Part shown: piece by piece, positions 34,570 to 43,816 of the stretch | Layout of the letters: each line of letters begins with the position of its first letter | Numbering within the stretch: position 1 is the stretch's first letter | Translations under genes and position numbers: made by a program | The notes under the pieces: model-generated | Seen by the model: the letters and a program-made list of their open reading frames with translations, nothing else | The model's database searches: none | Told to the model about the DNA's origin: nothing | Source of the DNA: Nanobdellota archaeon | GTDB taxonomy: Archaea; Nanobdellota; Nanobdellia; Woesearchaeales; CG1-02-33-12 | Length of the DNA stretch: 56,662 nucleotides | Direction: 5' to 3' | Assembly: GCA_018819345.1 (NCBI GenBank) | Contig: JAHJQG010000040.1 | Location: 1-56,662 of the forward strand

Positions 34570-35085
34570 TTAAATTTTTATATTAAGTCTTTTAGTGTAG
34601 TAATCTCTTATGCCGTCAGGTACATAAAAGCCAACCTTTTTTTTGTAAAGGATTTCTCCCATTGTTTTCAATATTTCAATTAAATCGTTGTCCTTTCCTA
34701 AATAAAGAATTTCTTGATTGCCTGTATCAGAGGAACCAGAATAATACACTCTGCGAACAATAACAGTAAAGTAATCAATTTCCCCATTAATCCCAGGAAA
34801 TTTGAAAATATAATCATTAACTTCTCTCTTAAAAACATAAAATATTCTCATAAACCATTTCTCTAAAAGAATTTTATCTGAAAGAATAACCACCAGATTT
34901 GAATTATCGTCTTTCAAATGGTCTCTAACTTTATATTTTTTTATTTCTTTGCATGCAAGTTCTGTTGAATTTATTATTTTATCAATAGTTTTCTTTTCTG
35001 GAATCCTTATTAATGGGTCTCCTTTGCTAAAAAAACTCTCAACCTTATTCCTCGGCAGATCTGGAAATATAAACATTTCTTCCAT
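34570..35085 (-). CDS. hypothetical protein immediately upstream of the MCM-like gene
   Basis: 171 aa, no recognised motif. Its position resembles the gins23-mcm arrangement in some archaea (context only). Confidence 0.4.
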   Translation of the reverse strand: MEEMFIFPDLPRNKVESFFSKGDPLIRIPEKKTIDKIINSTELACKEIKKYKVRDHLKDDNSNLVVILSDKILLEKWFMRIFYVFKREVNDYIFKFPGINGEIDYFTVIVRRVYYSGSSDTGNQEILYLGKDNDLIEILKTMGEILYKKKVGFYVPDGIRDYYTKRLNIKI

Positions 35086-35121
35086 AATCTAAATATTGTA
35101 AAGAAAGTATATAAACTTTTC

Positions 35122-36072
35122 TTAGTAAGTTTTTTTAACCTTTGCAACAAAAAAGCCGCATGTGTCATTGTCCTGTGGCCAGATCCTTAAGCATTTTTCA
35201 ACTTCTTTGCTGTATTGCTGGCCATTGAAATCTGTTATTACAGGGCCGTGCTTTATATTTAAATTAATTTTCTCAAGCTTTGCATTTTCATATTTGTTTA
35301 ACAAAAAGTCAATTATTGCCTCGTTTTCCTCTGGCTCTAATGTGCATGTTGAATAGGTCATTACTCCACCAGGATTTAAACAGTTGAATGCAACATCAAT
35401 CAACTGCCTCTGTGTTCCTGCAATTCTTTTGACCATGTTTGGGTTCCACATCTTTAAAGTTTTAAGGCTTTTTCTTATTGTGCCTGTTCCAGAGCAAGGG
35501 GCATCTAATAATATTTTGTCAAAAGGCATTTTAAAGAAGCGGCCTTCCATTAATGTAACCAATGTATTTGTTGCTCCTGTTCTCTGAATGTTAAAGCTTA
35601 ATGGAGCCATTCTTTTGTAGTCAGAATCATTTGAAACCAGAACTCCTTTGTTCTGCATCATTGCTGCAATCTGTGTTGTTTTTGAGCCAGGAGCAGAGCA
35701 CATATCCAGAACAATATCATCTGGTTTTGGATTTAAAACAACAGCTGGAATCATTGAAGCTGCTTCCTGCACATAGAAATAACCTAGGTTATGCTCAATA
35801 AGGTTTCCAATATCCCTTCTCAAGCCTTTTTTATGCTCTATGAAAAAACCCTGTTTGCACCATGGAATTTGAGTAAGCTTCCATTCCTTCTCCAGTCTTT
35901 TCTTAAGCTCATCAATTGTTATCTTTAGTGTATTGACTCTAATGCTTTTTCTCATGAATGAAAGGGATGTTTCTATGAATTTTTTGTAATCCTTTCCCAA
36001 AAGGACCCTGTACCTCTCCTCAAACTTTTCTTTTATTTTAATATTTTCAGTTTTGGGTATTTTTTTTAACAT
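35122..36072 (-). CDS. NOL1/NOP2/Sun-family RNA cytosine-C5 methyltransferase
   Basis: 316 aa. DMCSAPGSKT, DAPCSGTG and TYSTCT. Confidence 0.85.
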   Translation of the reverse strand: MLKKIPKTENIKIKEKFEERYRVLLGKDYKKFIETSLSFMRKSIRVNTLKITIDELKKRLEKEWKLTQIPWCKQGFFIEHKKGLRRDIGNLIEHNLGYFYVQEAASMIPAVVLNPKPDDIVLDMCSAPGSKTTQIAAMMQNKGVLVSNDSDYKRMAPLSFNIQRTGATNTLVTLMEGRFFKMPFDKILLDAPCSGTGTIRKSLKTLKMWNPNMVKRIAGTQRQLIDVAFNCLNPGGVMTYSTCTLEPEENEAIIDFLLNKYENAKLEKINLNIKHGPVITDFNGQQYSKEVEKCLRIWPQDNDTCGFFVAKVKKTY

Positions 36073-36078
36073 TTTATT

Positions 36079-37800
36079 TTAATTTCCATTGTTTAGATAT
36101 TTTACCATGTAAGGCCCATGCTTTTTATATCCAAGCCTGCGGTAATAATTTCTTACACCAATTCCTGAGATTGCAACAATTTTATTCTTTTTGTTTTTCC
36201 TTGATATATCTTCTGCCTTTTTTAATAGTTTCTTCCCATAGCCAGCGTGCTGTATATTTCCTTTTTTTCCAATTGAGATTGCAGAGCCAAAGACATGAAG
36301 CTCTCTTATAAGTGCTGATTTGCCTGTTATTTCTTTTCTTAAGCTTTGCGATGGAAACCTCATCCTGCAAAATCCAATCAATGCATTGTTTTTTGCATCT
36401 TCATAGCTTATGAAAAATTCTTTTCCATTGCTTGCATTATATTCAAGGACTTTTAGTTTTATATTTTTTAAATTTAGTTTTATTTTTTCTTTTTTTAGTT
36501 TATGCCCAATTTCTCTGCATCTAATGCAATTGCATTTTATTCCCTTTTCTTTTAATTCTTTTTCAATGTACTGCCTTAAATTAGTTTTGTCAACCCCTGC
36601 CTCTGTCAAGTATGTTGGAATATCCCTTTGAACTCTCATGATTCTTACATAAGGCGGGACGAATCTTTTTATTTCTGTTATTATTTCAACTGCTTTTTTT
36701 GTTGTTACTGGCTTGTATTTTTTGTTTTTCCATAACCTGTAAAGCTTTGTTCCCTTTAAAACCATGCAGGGATATATTTTAAGCATATCAGGCCTAAAGC
36801 TTTGATCTGAAAATATTTCTTTAAAAGAATTAATATCTTTTTTCCTGTCTGAGCCAGGCAGGCCAATCATCATATGATAATTTATCTTAAATCCGGTGTC
36901 TTTTAAGGACTTGGTTGAATTAACTGAATCCTGAACAGAATGTCCTCTTTCTATTTTATTAAGAACATTATCATAAACAGTCTGGACTCCAAGCTCAACC
37001 CTTGTTGCTCCAAGCCTTAGCATCTGGTTAGCATGTTTTTGTTTTGCAAAATCAGGCCTTGTCTCAATTGTAAGACCAACACATCTTATTTTTGAGGATT
37101 CATTTTTCTTTTGTTCTTTTTCAAGTGTTGTTTTTGTTTTGTTCTTTAAAATCAAAAGTTTCTTTTTTATCCTATTAACACGCGCATCATCCTGGAAATT
37201 TCCAGGCATTTCAAAGAATGTCTTAAACTTAACTAAATCAAGTTCCTCATTTCTAAAAAATATTTTAGAAAAATCATTCATTGCCTTTAATGCATATTTA
37301 ATAAAATAATCCTGGTATGTTTTTTTAAAGCTTGGAAATGTTCCGCCCATTATTATAAGCTCGATTTTGTCAGGGACATGACCTGTCATTATATACTGCT
37401 CAAGCCTGTTCATAACCTGCAGATAAGGGTCAAAATTGTTTCTTATGGCGCGCCTTGCTGCTGGCTCCTTGCCTGTATAGCTCTGAGGCATATTTCCAAA
37501 AAAAGATTTTGGACCACCAGGGCATATAGCACACTTTCCATGAGGGCACTTTATTGGCTTTGTCATAATAGCACAAACAGCAACACCAGAAATAGTCCTT
37601 GTTGGCTTTGTTATCAAATGCTTCAATAATTTACGGTCTTTTACATCTGCACTTAATAATATTCTTATGTCTGTCGGAATGTCTATCTTATATTTCCTGC
37701 ATAGACGAGTCTTTAAATTAGAAATCTCCTGCTTTGAGAGCTTTTTTTTCTTTAGAATCCCAATGATCTCATTAAAATATTCCTTTTCATAATCTGCCAT
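36079..37800 (-). CDS. elp3: Elp3-family radical SAM / GNAT tRNA modification enzyme
   Basis: 573 aa. CPHGKCAICPGG, a radical SAM core and a C-terminal GNAT (HAGYGKKLL). Confidence 0.9.
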   Translation of the reverse strand: MADYEKEYFNEIIGILKKKKLSKQEISNLKTRLCRKYKIDIPTDIRILLSADVKDRKLLKHLITKPTRTISGVAVCAIMTKPIKCPHGKCAICPGGPKSFFGNMPQSYTGKEPAARRAIRNNFDPYLQVMNRLEQYIMTGHVPDKIELIIMGGTFPSFKKTYQDYFIKYALKAMNDFSKIFFRNEELDLVKFKTFFEMPGNFQDDARVNRIKKKLLILKNKTKTTLEKEQKKNESSKIRCVGLTIETRPDFAKQKHANQMLRLGATRVELGVQTVYDNVLNKIERGHSVQDSVNSTKSLKDTGFKINYHMMIGLPGSDRKKDINSFKEIFSDQSFRPDMLKIYPCMVLKGTKLYRLWKNKKYKPVTTKKAVEIITEIKRFVPPYVRIMRVQRDIPTYLTEAGVDKTNLRQYIEKELKEKGIKCNCIRCREIGHKLKKEKIKLNLKNIKLKVLEYNASNGKEFFISYEDAKNNALIGFCRMRFPSQSLRKEITGKSALIRELHVFGSAISIGKKGNIQHAGYGKKLLKKAEDISRKNKKNKIVAISGIGVRNYYRRLGYKKHGPYMVKYLNNGN

Positions 37801-37856
37801 ATAACACTAGAACAAGCAATGGTATTTAAATATTGATGAAAACTATAGCTGTTCCA

Positions 37857-38804
37857 TCATATTGTATTTATGTAGAACTCAATAATAACAAAGAATATGT
37901 AAAGCAGAATTAAAGAGATTCCCTCTTTTACATATAGCTTATTACCGCTCTCAACAAATGTTGCAAACAGGAATGCAACTACTACCATGAATATTGCACT
38001 TACAGAAAATAAAAGTATATTTGCAGTAATTGGAAATATGATTGCAGTTATTCCCAAAACAAGTGTTGAATTTACAATCACAGAGCCGATTAAATTACCT
38101 AAAGCCATTTCTGAATGTCCTGCCAGAACTGCCCTGCTTCCAAATGTAAGCTCTGGCAGAGTAGTTCCTATTGAGATTATGAATAATCCAACAATTATTG
38201 GCGGCAGTGCTAAATCAACAGACAATAAGGTTGCATATCCCACAACAAATCTTGCACTTAAAAATAACAGGGCAAGGCTAAAGACAAACAAGATAGTTGT
38301 TAAAATAATATCCCTTCTTTTAATTCCATCCTCAACCTCTTTTTTAAATAATCTTTTTTGCCTTAAGATTCTTCTTGCATAAATAACAAACGCAGCTAAC
38401 AAAATAATTCCATCTATCCTTGATAAAGAATTGCCAATTATCATCAAAACCATTGGCAGTGAAGCAATAAAAACCATATAAAGTGCATCTGTCTTTGTTT
38501 TCTTGCTCTCAATCTTTATTCCCCTTCCAAGAAGTATTGCAATGCCAATCACTAATGTTAAATTTATTATATTTGCACCAATCACATTTCCAAGTGCTAA
38601 TGCAGAATTTTTTGCAAGAGCAGATGTTATGCCCACAAATAATTCTGGTATGGATGTTGCAAAGGCCATTATTATAAAGCCAACAACAAACTCGCTTAGC
38701 TTTAGAAAGGCAGCTATCTTTGTAAGGGTTTTAACTAATAAGTTGCCGCTTATTACAAGCACAATGCATGCTATTAAAAATACTATTAGGTTAGTTATTA
38801 ACAT
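37857..38804 (-). CDS. Na+/Ca2+ exchanger family (CaCA/YrbG-like) membrane protein
   Basis: 315 aa. Alpha-repeats GTSIPEL..GNVIGANIINL and GTTLPEL..GNLIGSVIVN. Confidence 0.85.
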   Translation of the reverse strand: MLITNLIVFLIACIVLVISGNLLVKTLTKIAAFLKLSEFVVGFIIMAFATSIPELFVGITSALAKNSALALGNVIGANIINLTLVIGIAILLGRGIKIESKKTKTDALYMVFIASLPMVLMIIGNSLSRIDGIILLAAFVIYARRILRQKRLFKKEVEDGIKRRDIILTTILFVFSLALLFLSARFVVGYATLLSVDLALPPIIVGLFIISIGTTLPELTFGSRAVLAGHSEMALGNLIGSVIVNSTLVLGITAIIFPITANILLFSVSAIFMVVVAFLFATFVESGNKLYVKEGISLILLYIFFVIIEFYINTI

Positions 38805-38956
38805 TCAATCCTCTGTGGGCTTATTTTTTTCTCTTCTTTAATCTCATTAAGGCCGTATTTTTCAAGCCTTTTCTCTGCTTCTTGCTGTGAGAGACCTTTA
38901 GAAGATGTCTTAAATTCATCTAATATCTTATTTATAGGATAATTATAGTAATCCAT
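38798..38956 (-). pseudogene. 52-codon remnant of a P-type cation ATPase N-terminus (Cation_ATPase_N)
   Basis: MDYYNYPINKILDEFKTSSKGLSQQEAEKRLEKYGLNEIKEEKKISPQRIEC*. The GLS..EA..RL..YG.NE motif is present. Its stop overlaps the start of the exchanger gene by 7 nt. Confidence 0.5.
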
Positions 38957-39066
38957 AACCCACCCCTTTTTAATGGTTTAAGATATTATTTGTTTATATA
39001 ACTTATCATTTTATGGAATTTAAATCCAAAAGTTATTTATATGAATTAAAAGTCTTAAAATATTTT

Positions 39067-39420
39067 ATGAAGACAAAAAAAGAAGCAATAGCACTTGTTT
39101 TGTTCTGCACATTTCTAACTGCAGCAGGCCAGATATTCCTTAAGATTGGCTCAGGGAATCTAAGTTTCAGTATTTTAAAGCTATTAGGCAATTTTCCATT
39201 GGTAACCGGGTTTGTTCTTTATTTCTTGGGAGCTGTAATTCTGGTTACTGCATTAAAGCATGGAGAGCTTTCTGTGCTTTACCCTATTATTGCAACATCA
39301 TTTATCTGGGTAAGCTTTTTATCCATAATATTTCTTAATGAAATTATGAATTCATGGAAATGGGCAGGCGTTATAACAATAATAATTGGCATTAGCCTGA
39401 TAGGAAGAGGTGCAAGCTGA
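39067..39420 (+). CDS. small 4-TM EamA/DMT half-transporter (SMR/ArnE-like), first of a pair
   Basis: The start was moved to MKTKKEAIAL because a TATA-like ttatttatatga lies inside the ORF-track 5' extension. Confidence 0.6.
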   Translation: MKTKKEAIALVLFCTFLTAAGQIFLKIGSGNLSFSILKLLGNFPLVTGFVLYFLGAVILVTALKHGELSVLYPIIATSFIWVSFLSIIFLNEIMNSWKWAGVITIIIGISLIGRGAS

Positions 39421-39772
39421 AATGGCAACACAATTATGGGCAATAGCAACTGTCTTGTTCGGAACTGTCATAGGAAGTTTCGGAGCACTTTATTTTAAGA
39501 TAGGCTCTGAAACAATCTCATTAGATATTAAAAAACTCATAAAAAATTATAAACTGATTTTGGGATTTTTGTTTTATGGCATTTCATCTATATTTTTCAT
39601 AATAGCATTAACTGGTGGAGAGCTTTCTGTTCTTTACCCTTTATGTGCAGCGTCTTATATCTGGGTCTGCTTTTTATCAATGAAATTCCTGAATGAAAAA
39701 ATGAATAAATTAAAATGGCTTGGCATAATAACAATAATAATAGGCATAACATTTATTGGAATTGGAGGTTAA
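39410..39772 (+). CDS. small 4-TM EamA/DMT half-transporter, second of a pair
   Basis: 120 aa, paralogous to the upstream ORF (GELSVLYP..., IIIGI). 11-nt overlap with it. Confidence 0.6.
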   Translation: MQAEMATQLWAIATVLFGTVIGSFGALYFKIGSETISLDIKKLIKNYKLILGFLFYGISSIFFIIALTGGELSVLYPLCAASYIWVCFLSMKFLNEKMNKLKWLGIITIIIGITFIGIGG

Positions 39773-39773
39773 G

Positions 39774-40454
39774 ATGGCAAAAACAATTGTAATATCATTG
39801 GGCGGCTCAATAGTTGTTCCTGATAAGATAGATGTTGAATTTCTAAAAGATTTCAAAAAAATCATAATAGATTTTGTTGAAAAAGGAAACAAGGCAATTA
39901 TTGTCTGCGGCGGTGGAAAAACATGCAGGCGCTACCAGGACGCTGCTGCAAAAGTAAGTAATTTAAGGGATGAGGACTTAGACTGGATTGGAATACACAC
40001 AACAAGGCTCAATGCGCAGCTTGTAAAGAGTTTATTTTTAGGCATTGTTCATGAAGAAATAATTCATAATCCAAATGATAATGTTGATTTCAAGGAAAAT
40101 GTTTTGATTGCATCTGGATGGAAGCCGGGATGGAGCACTGACTATGATGCTATAAGGCTTGCGCACAATTTTAATGTGAAAAAAGTTATTAACTTAAGCG
40201 ATGTTCCTTATATTTATAACAAAGAGCCAAAAAACAATCATGATGCAAGGCCAATTAAAGATATTTCATGGAAAAATTTCAGGAAAATGGTTGGAGATAA
40301 ATGGGATCCTGGCCTTAATGTTCCTTTTGACCCTATAGCATCAAAAGAGGCAGAAAAACTAGGCCTAAAGGTCATAATACTAAAGGGAACTGATTTAGAT
40401 AATTTCAAGAATTTTTTAGATAAAAAAGAATTTAATGGGACTATTATCAGTTAA
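39774..40454 (+). CDS. pyrH: UMP kinase, archaeal type
   Basis: ISLGGSIVVP, VCGGGK..RRY, GIHTTRLNA, PGWSTD and FDP, ending GTII. GGAGGT lies 5 nt upstream of the ATG at 39774. Confidence 0.75.
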   Translation: MAKTIVISLGGSIVVPDKIDVEFLKDFKKIIIDFVEKGNKAIIVCGGGKTCRRYQDAAAKVSNLRDEDLDWIGIHTTRLNAQLVKSLFLGIVHEEIIHNPNDNVDFKENVLIASGWKPGWSTDYDAIRLAHNFNVKKVINLSDVPYIYNKEPKNNHDARPIKDISWKNFRKMVGDKWDPGLNVPFDPIASKEAEKLGLKVIILKGTDLDNFKNFLDKKEFNGTIIS

Positions 40455-41363
40455 TTAGAATAATCTTGCTTTGTTTTTCTCAAGCTCAAGAAGCCTTTGC
40501 CACTGGTCATCTGTATGATACTGTACATCTTTTATTTCTTCTTCTGTCATATGCTTGAATCTGCCTTGTGTAACAAGATAGTCTTTCACAGGAACTTTAT
40601 TTACAGGCTTTTTTGATATTGTCAATATGCCTTTTTCAATCTCATAAATAGGGGTTATATTGGATTGGAAAGCAAGCTTTCCAATTTCTATTGTCATATC
40701 ATTAATGAATTTCCATCCTGTTGGGCATGGAACATAAACCTGTATGTAAGCTGGCCCATTAAATGCAAGGCCTTTCTTAACCTTATTGATAAAATCCAGG
40801 GGAAATGCTATATTAGCTGTTGCAACATAAGCGCCGTGAGCTGCCATTATAAATGGCATTGGCTTCTTAAACTCGGTTTTTCCATGAATCAATTTTCCTG
40901 CAGGGCTTGTTGTTGTTGAGGCATATTTTGGTGTTGCCCCTGAACGCTGTATACCTGTGTTCATGTAAGCTGCATTATCAAGGCAGACATAACAGAAGTT
41001 ATGGCCCCTCTCAGTTGCTCCTGATAATGCCTGAAGACCAATATCAAATGTCCCGCCATCTCCTCCAAAAACAAGCAAGTTAATATCCTTCTGTTTTCCC
41101 AGAACTTTCAATGCCCTGTCTATACCAGATGCAATTGCAGCTGCATTTTCAAAAGCACCATGTATCCATGGAACTCTCCAGGAAGTCTCTGGATATGGAG
41201 TGCTAAATACCTCTAAACAACTGGTTGCAGTAACAACTATTGTGTTTTTGCCAGCTGCCTTTAAAGCATGCCTTGCAGCAAGCGCATTTCCACAGCCAGC
41301 ACATGCCCTGTGGCCTGATGCAAAAAATTCCTCTGTTGAAATTCCTGCAATTGTTTTTTCCAT
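40455..41363 (-). CDS. porB: pyruvate:ferredoxin oxidoreductase beta subunit (TPP-binding)
   Basis: 302 aa. GHRACAGCG, GGDGGTFDIG. Confidence 0.9.
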   Translation of the reverse strand: MEKTIAGISTEEFFASGHRACAGCGNALAARHALKAAGKNTIVVTATSCLEVFSTPYPETSWRVPWIHGAFENAAAIASGIDRALKVLGKQKDINLLVFGGDGGTFDIGLQALSGATERGHNFCYVCLDNAAYMNTGIQRSGATPKYASTTTSPAGKLIHGKTEFKKPMPFIMAAHGAYVATANIAFPLDFINKVKKGLAFNGPAYIQVYVPCPTGWKFINDMTIEIGKLAFQSNITPIYEIEKGILTISKKPVNKVPVKDYLVTQGRFKHMTEEEIKDVQYHTDDQWQRLLELEKNKARLF

Positions 41364-41364
41364 T

Positions 41365-41685
41365 TTATGGGTTTTTAATTTTTTTATGTTTAATATCTTT
41401 TTTCAATTTTCCTTGTGTCTTTATTCCTTTTTTATGTTCAATCTTTTTTTCCAAACTTTCCTCTGCCTTTATTTTAAAGCCATTGCCATCCCAATGGTCA
41501 TGGCCTGAGCCGTGAAAATCAACCTTAATCCTGTTTTTTGTTTCACATCCAGGGCAAACAATTGTTTTATAATGAATCTCTGCTTCAAACTCTGAACTCC
41601 AATTTTCTCCTTTTAGTTTTTTTCCGCAATATCCACAAACATCCTTTGTTTGTAACTCTTTTATTAAATGGTGTGCTGCTGTCAT
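41365..41685 (-). CDS. Zn-ribbon protein with a Lys-rich tail, inserted between porA and porB
   Basis: 106 aa. CGYCG...CPGC, HGSGHDHW. AGGAGG lies 6 nt upstream of its ATG. Confidence 0.55.
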   Translation of the reverse strand: MTAAHHLIKELQTKDVCGYCGKKLKGENWSSEFEAEIHYKTIVCPGCETKNRIKVDFHGSGHDHWDGNGFKIKAEESLEKKIEHKKGIKTQGKLKKDIKHKKIKNP

Positions 41686-41709
41686 TTCTATCCTCCTAAA
41701 AATAAAAAA

Positions 41710-42885
41710 CTAAAGCAACCATTCAGTGTCACTGCTGTTTTCTATTTTATTAAAAGCTGTTTTAATATGGCCAGGAGTTATGTCCCTGCCGCCAAGGCCA
41801 GCAATAAAGCCCTTTATTATTGGTTTTTTATTTTGATTGTAAAATACTGATCTTAATTCAGTGTACATGGCACCTTCATTTCCTAATGATATATTTCGGT
41901 CAATAACTGCAATTCCTTTAAGGTTTTCTGCAGCTTTTATTATTTCTTGTTTTGGGAATGGCCTGAATGATTTTATTTTTATCAAGCCAACCTTTTTTCC
42001 TTGTTTTCTTAGTTCGTCAACAACAACCCTTGTTGTGCTGCATGCAGTGCCCATTGCTGCAATAGCATAATCTGCATCGTTTATTTTGTAAGTTTCTATT
42101 AATCCATTTCCATAAGACCTGTTGAAAGATTTTTTAAAATTATTATTAACATCTTTGATTATATCAATTGAGTTTAGCATTGCCTCATGCGTTGCTTTTC
42201 TGAATTCCATGTAAGTGTTTGGAAATCCAATTGGGCCCATTGTAATTGGTTTTTCTGGATCAAGCTTGAATAAGGGATTGTATTTTGGGAGGAATTTATC
42301 AACATCTTTTTTCTCAGGAATATTAACAGGCTCATAGACATGGCTTAAAGTAAATCCATCTAAGCAGACCATGACTGGCAGTAAAATTTTTTTGTTTTCT
42401 GCTATTTTATATGCCTGGATTACTGTGTCAAGTGCTTCTTGTGCTGATTCAACATAAAGCTGTATCCATCCTGAGTCACGCTCTGATATTGAATCCTGTT
42501 GGTCGTTCCAGATGTTTATTGGAGCGCTTAAGGCTCGGTTTGCAACAGCTATTACAACAGGAAGCCTCATTCCTGAAACTACAAAAAGAATTTCATGCAT
42601 TAATGCCAGGCCCTGCGAAGCTGTTGCTGTAAATGTTCTTACACCCATTGCTTCTGCACCTAAGGCTGCTGAAATTGCACTATGCTCTGACTCTGCATGA
42701 ATCATCTCTGATTTAAGCAGGCCATCATTTATGTAGTCTGCAAGGCGCTCTACTATGTGCGTATCCACTGGTTAAGTATTTACTTAAACCAACTGTGGTG
42801 TTATGGGGTACATAGGAATTACCCCTGGCTCACATAGCTTTACACCAAGTGCTACAGCAGTGCTTGCTTCAATTACTTTTTTCAT
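41710..42885 (-). CDS. porA: pyruvate:ferredoxin oxidoreductase alpha subunit, interrupted by a 30-nt BHB element (exons 42793-42885 and 41710-42762)
   Basis: The ATG overlaps the porD stop (ATGA). Exon 1 reads MKKVIEASTAVALGVKLCEPGVIPMYPITPQ. Exon 2 reads THIVERLADY...ESEHSAISAALGA...TATASQGLALMHE. The ORF track shows only the GTG-started 352-aa part. Confidence 0.85.
42763..42792 (-). other. candidate BHB mini-intron inside porA
   Basis: The RNA reads CCAC-AG|U-UGGUU-U-AAGU-AAAU-ACUU-AACCA-GUGG-AU|A. It has a 4-bp central helix, two 3-nt bulges on opposite strands and two in-frame UAA codons. Excision restores the frame and the conserved motif. Confidence 0.6.
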
Positions 42886-43163
42886 TTCTCCTCTTTCACC
42901 ATTTTTATTGCCTTAACAGGGCATTCTTTTGAGCATATTCCGCAGCCCTTGCAATAATCATAATTAATTTCAAACTCGCCTTTCTTGTTTTTCCTTACTG
43001 CATTATCTGGGCAGAACTTCCAGCAGGTTCCGCATTTTATGCATTTTTTCTGGTCTATGACTGGCCTGAAAGACCTCCAGCCGCCTGTCTTGTTTTTTAT
43101 TGTCGAGCCTGGCTCCTCTATTACAGCTCCTACACTAATTTTTGGCTTTTCTTGTTTTTTCAT
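42882..43163 (-). CDS. porD: pyruvate:ferredoxin oxidoreductase delta subunit (2x[4Fe-4S])
   Basis: 93 aa. CIKCGTCWKFCP and CKGCGICSKECP. Confidence 0.9.
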   Translation of the reverse strand: MKKQEKPKISVGAVIEEPGSTIKNKTGGWRSFRPVIDQKKCIKCGTCWKFCPDNAVRKNKKGEFEINYDYCKGCGICSKECPVKAIKMVKEEK

Positions 43164-43708
43164 TTTGTCTGATTGTAAACAGATGTTATTGCCTCCTTGT
43201 TAAGCTCAGCTATTTTCTTTCCTTTTGTTTCTAAAAATGTTTCATCAATTGCCCTAACCAATGATTTTAATGAGATTTCTTTTGTTATCTTGGAGAATGC
43301 CCCAAGCATTGGGGTGTTTACAATAGGACTTCTAAAAATCTTTAATGCAATTGATGTTGCATCAACAGTATGAACATTGAAGTTTCCCTTTATGTTTAAA
43401 TCAGCAGGCTTTTTGTTTGTGTTAACTATTAAAGTGCCTTTTTCTTTTAAGCCAGATGTTACATCAACTGTTTCAAGCAAAGAGGCATCTAAAACAATGA
43501 CTATATCTGGGCTGTATATCTGGCTCCTTATGTTTATTTTTTCATCAGAAATCCTTGCAAATGCCTGAACAGGGGCTCCTGATCTTTCAACACCAAACAT
43601 GGGAAATGTCTGGCTCTGCTTGCCATCATAAAAAGCTGCTATTGCCATTATCTGGCCTGTTGTAACAGCTCCCTGGCCACCCCTTCCGTGAATCCTTATT
43701 TCTATCAT
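43160..43708 (-). CDS. porG: pyruvate:ferredoxin oxidoreductase gamma subunit
   Basis: 182 aa. IRIHGRGGQGAVT. Confidence 0.9.
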   Translation of the reverse strand: MIEIRIHGRGGQGAVTTGQIMAIAAFYDGKQSQTFPMFGVERSGAPVQAFARISDEKINIRSQIYSPDIVIVLDASLLETVDVTSGLKEKGTLIVNTNKKPADLNIKGNFNVHTVDATSIALKIFRSPIVNTPMLGAFSKITKEISLKSLVRAIDETFLETKGKKIAELNKEAITSVYNQTK

Positions 43709-43816
43709 CCTCTTTCTGGAATTTGAAGTTATTGAAACTATTTATATCTTTTTGTTTTGCTTAAGAAACTTTAATTTCTTAAAAAGGTTTATAAAGCCAT
43801 AATCTAACCTTGCTTT

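Noticed and set aside
41710-42885. porA as a simple pseudogene or two-piece split gene
   Set aside because: This cannot be fully excluded. However, the rest of the operon is intact and porA is translationally coupled to porD. The interruption is exactly 30 nt, restores a conserved motif when removed, and has BHB geometry with both cut sites at the same bulge position. It is therefore reported as an intron candidate.
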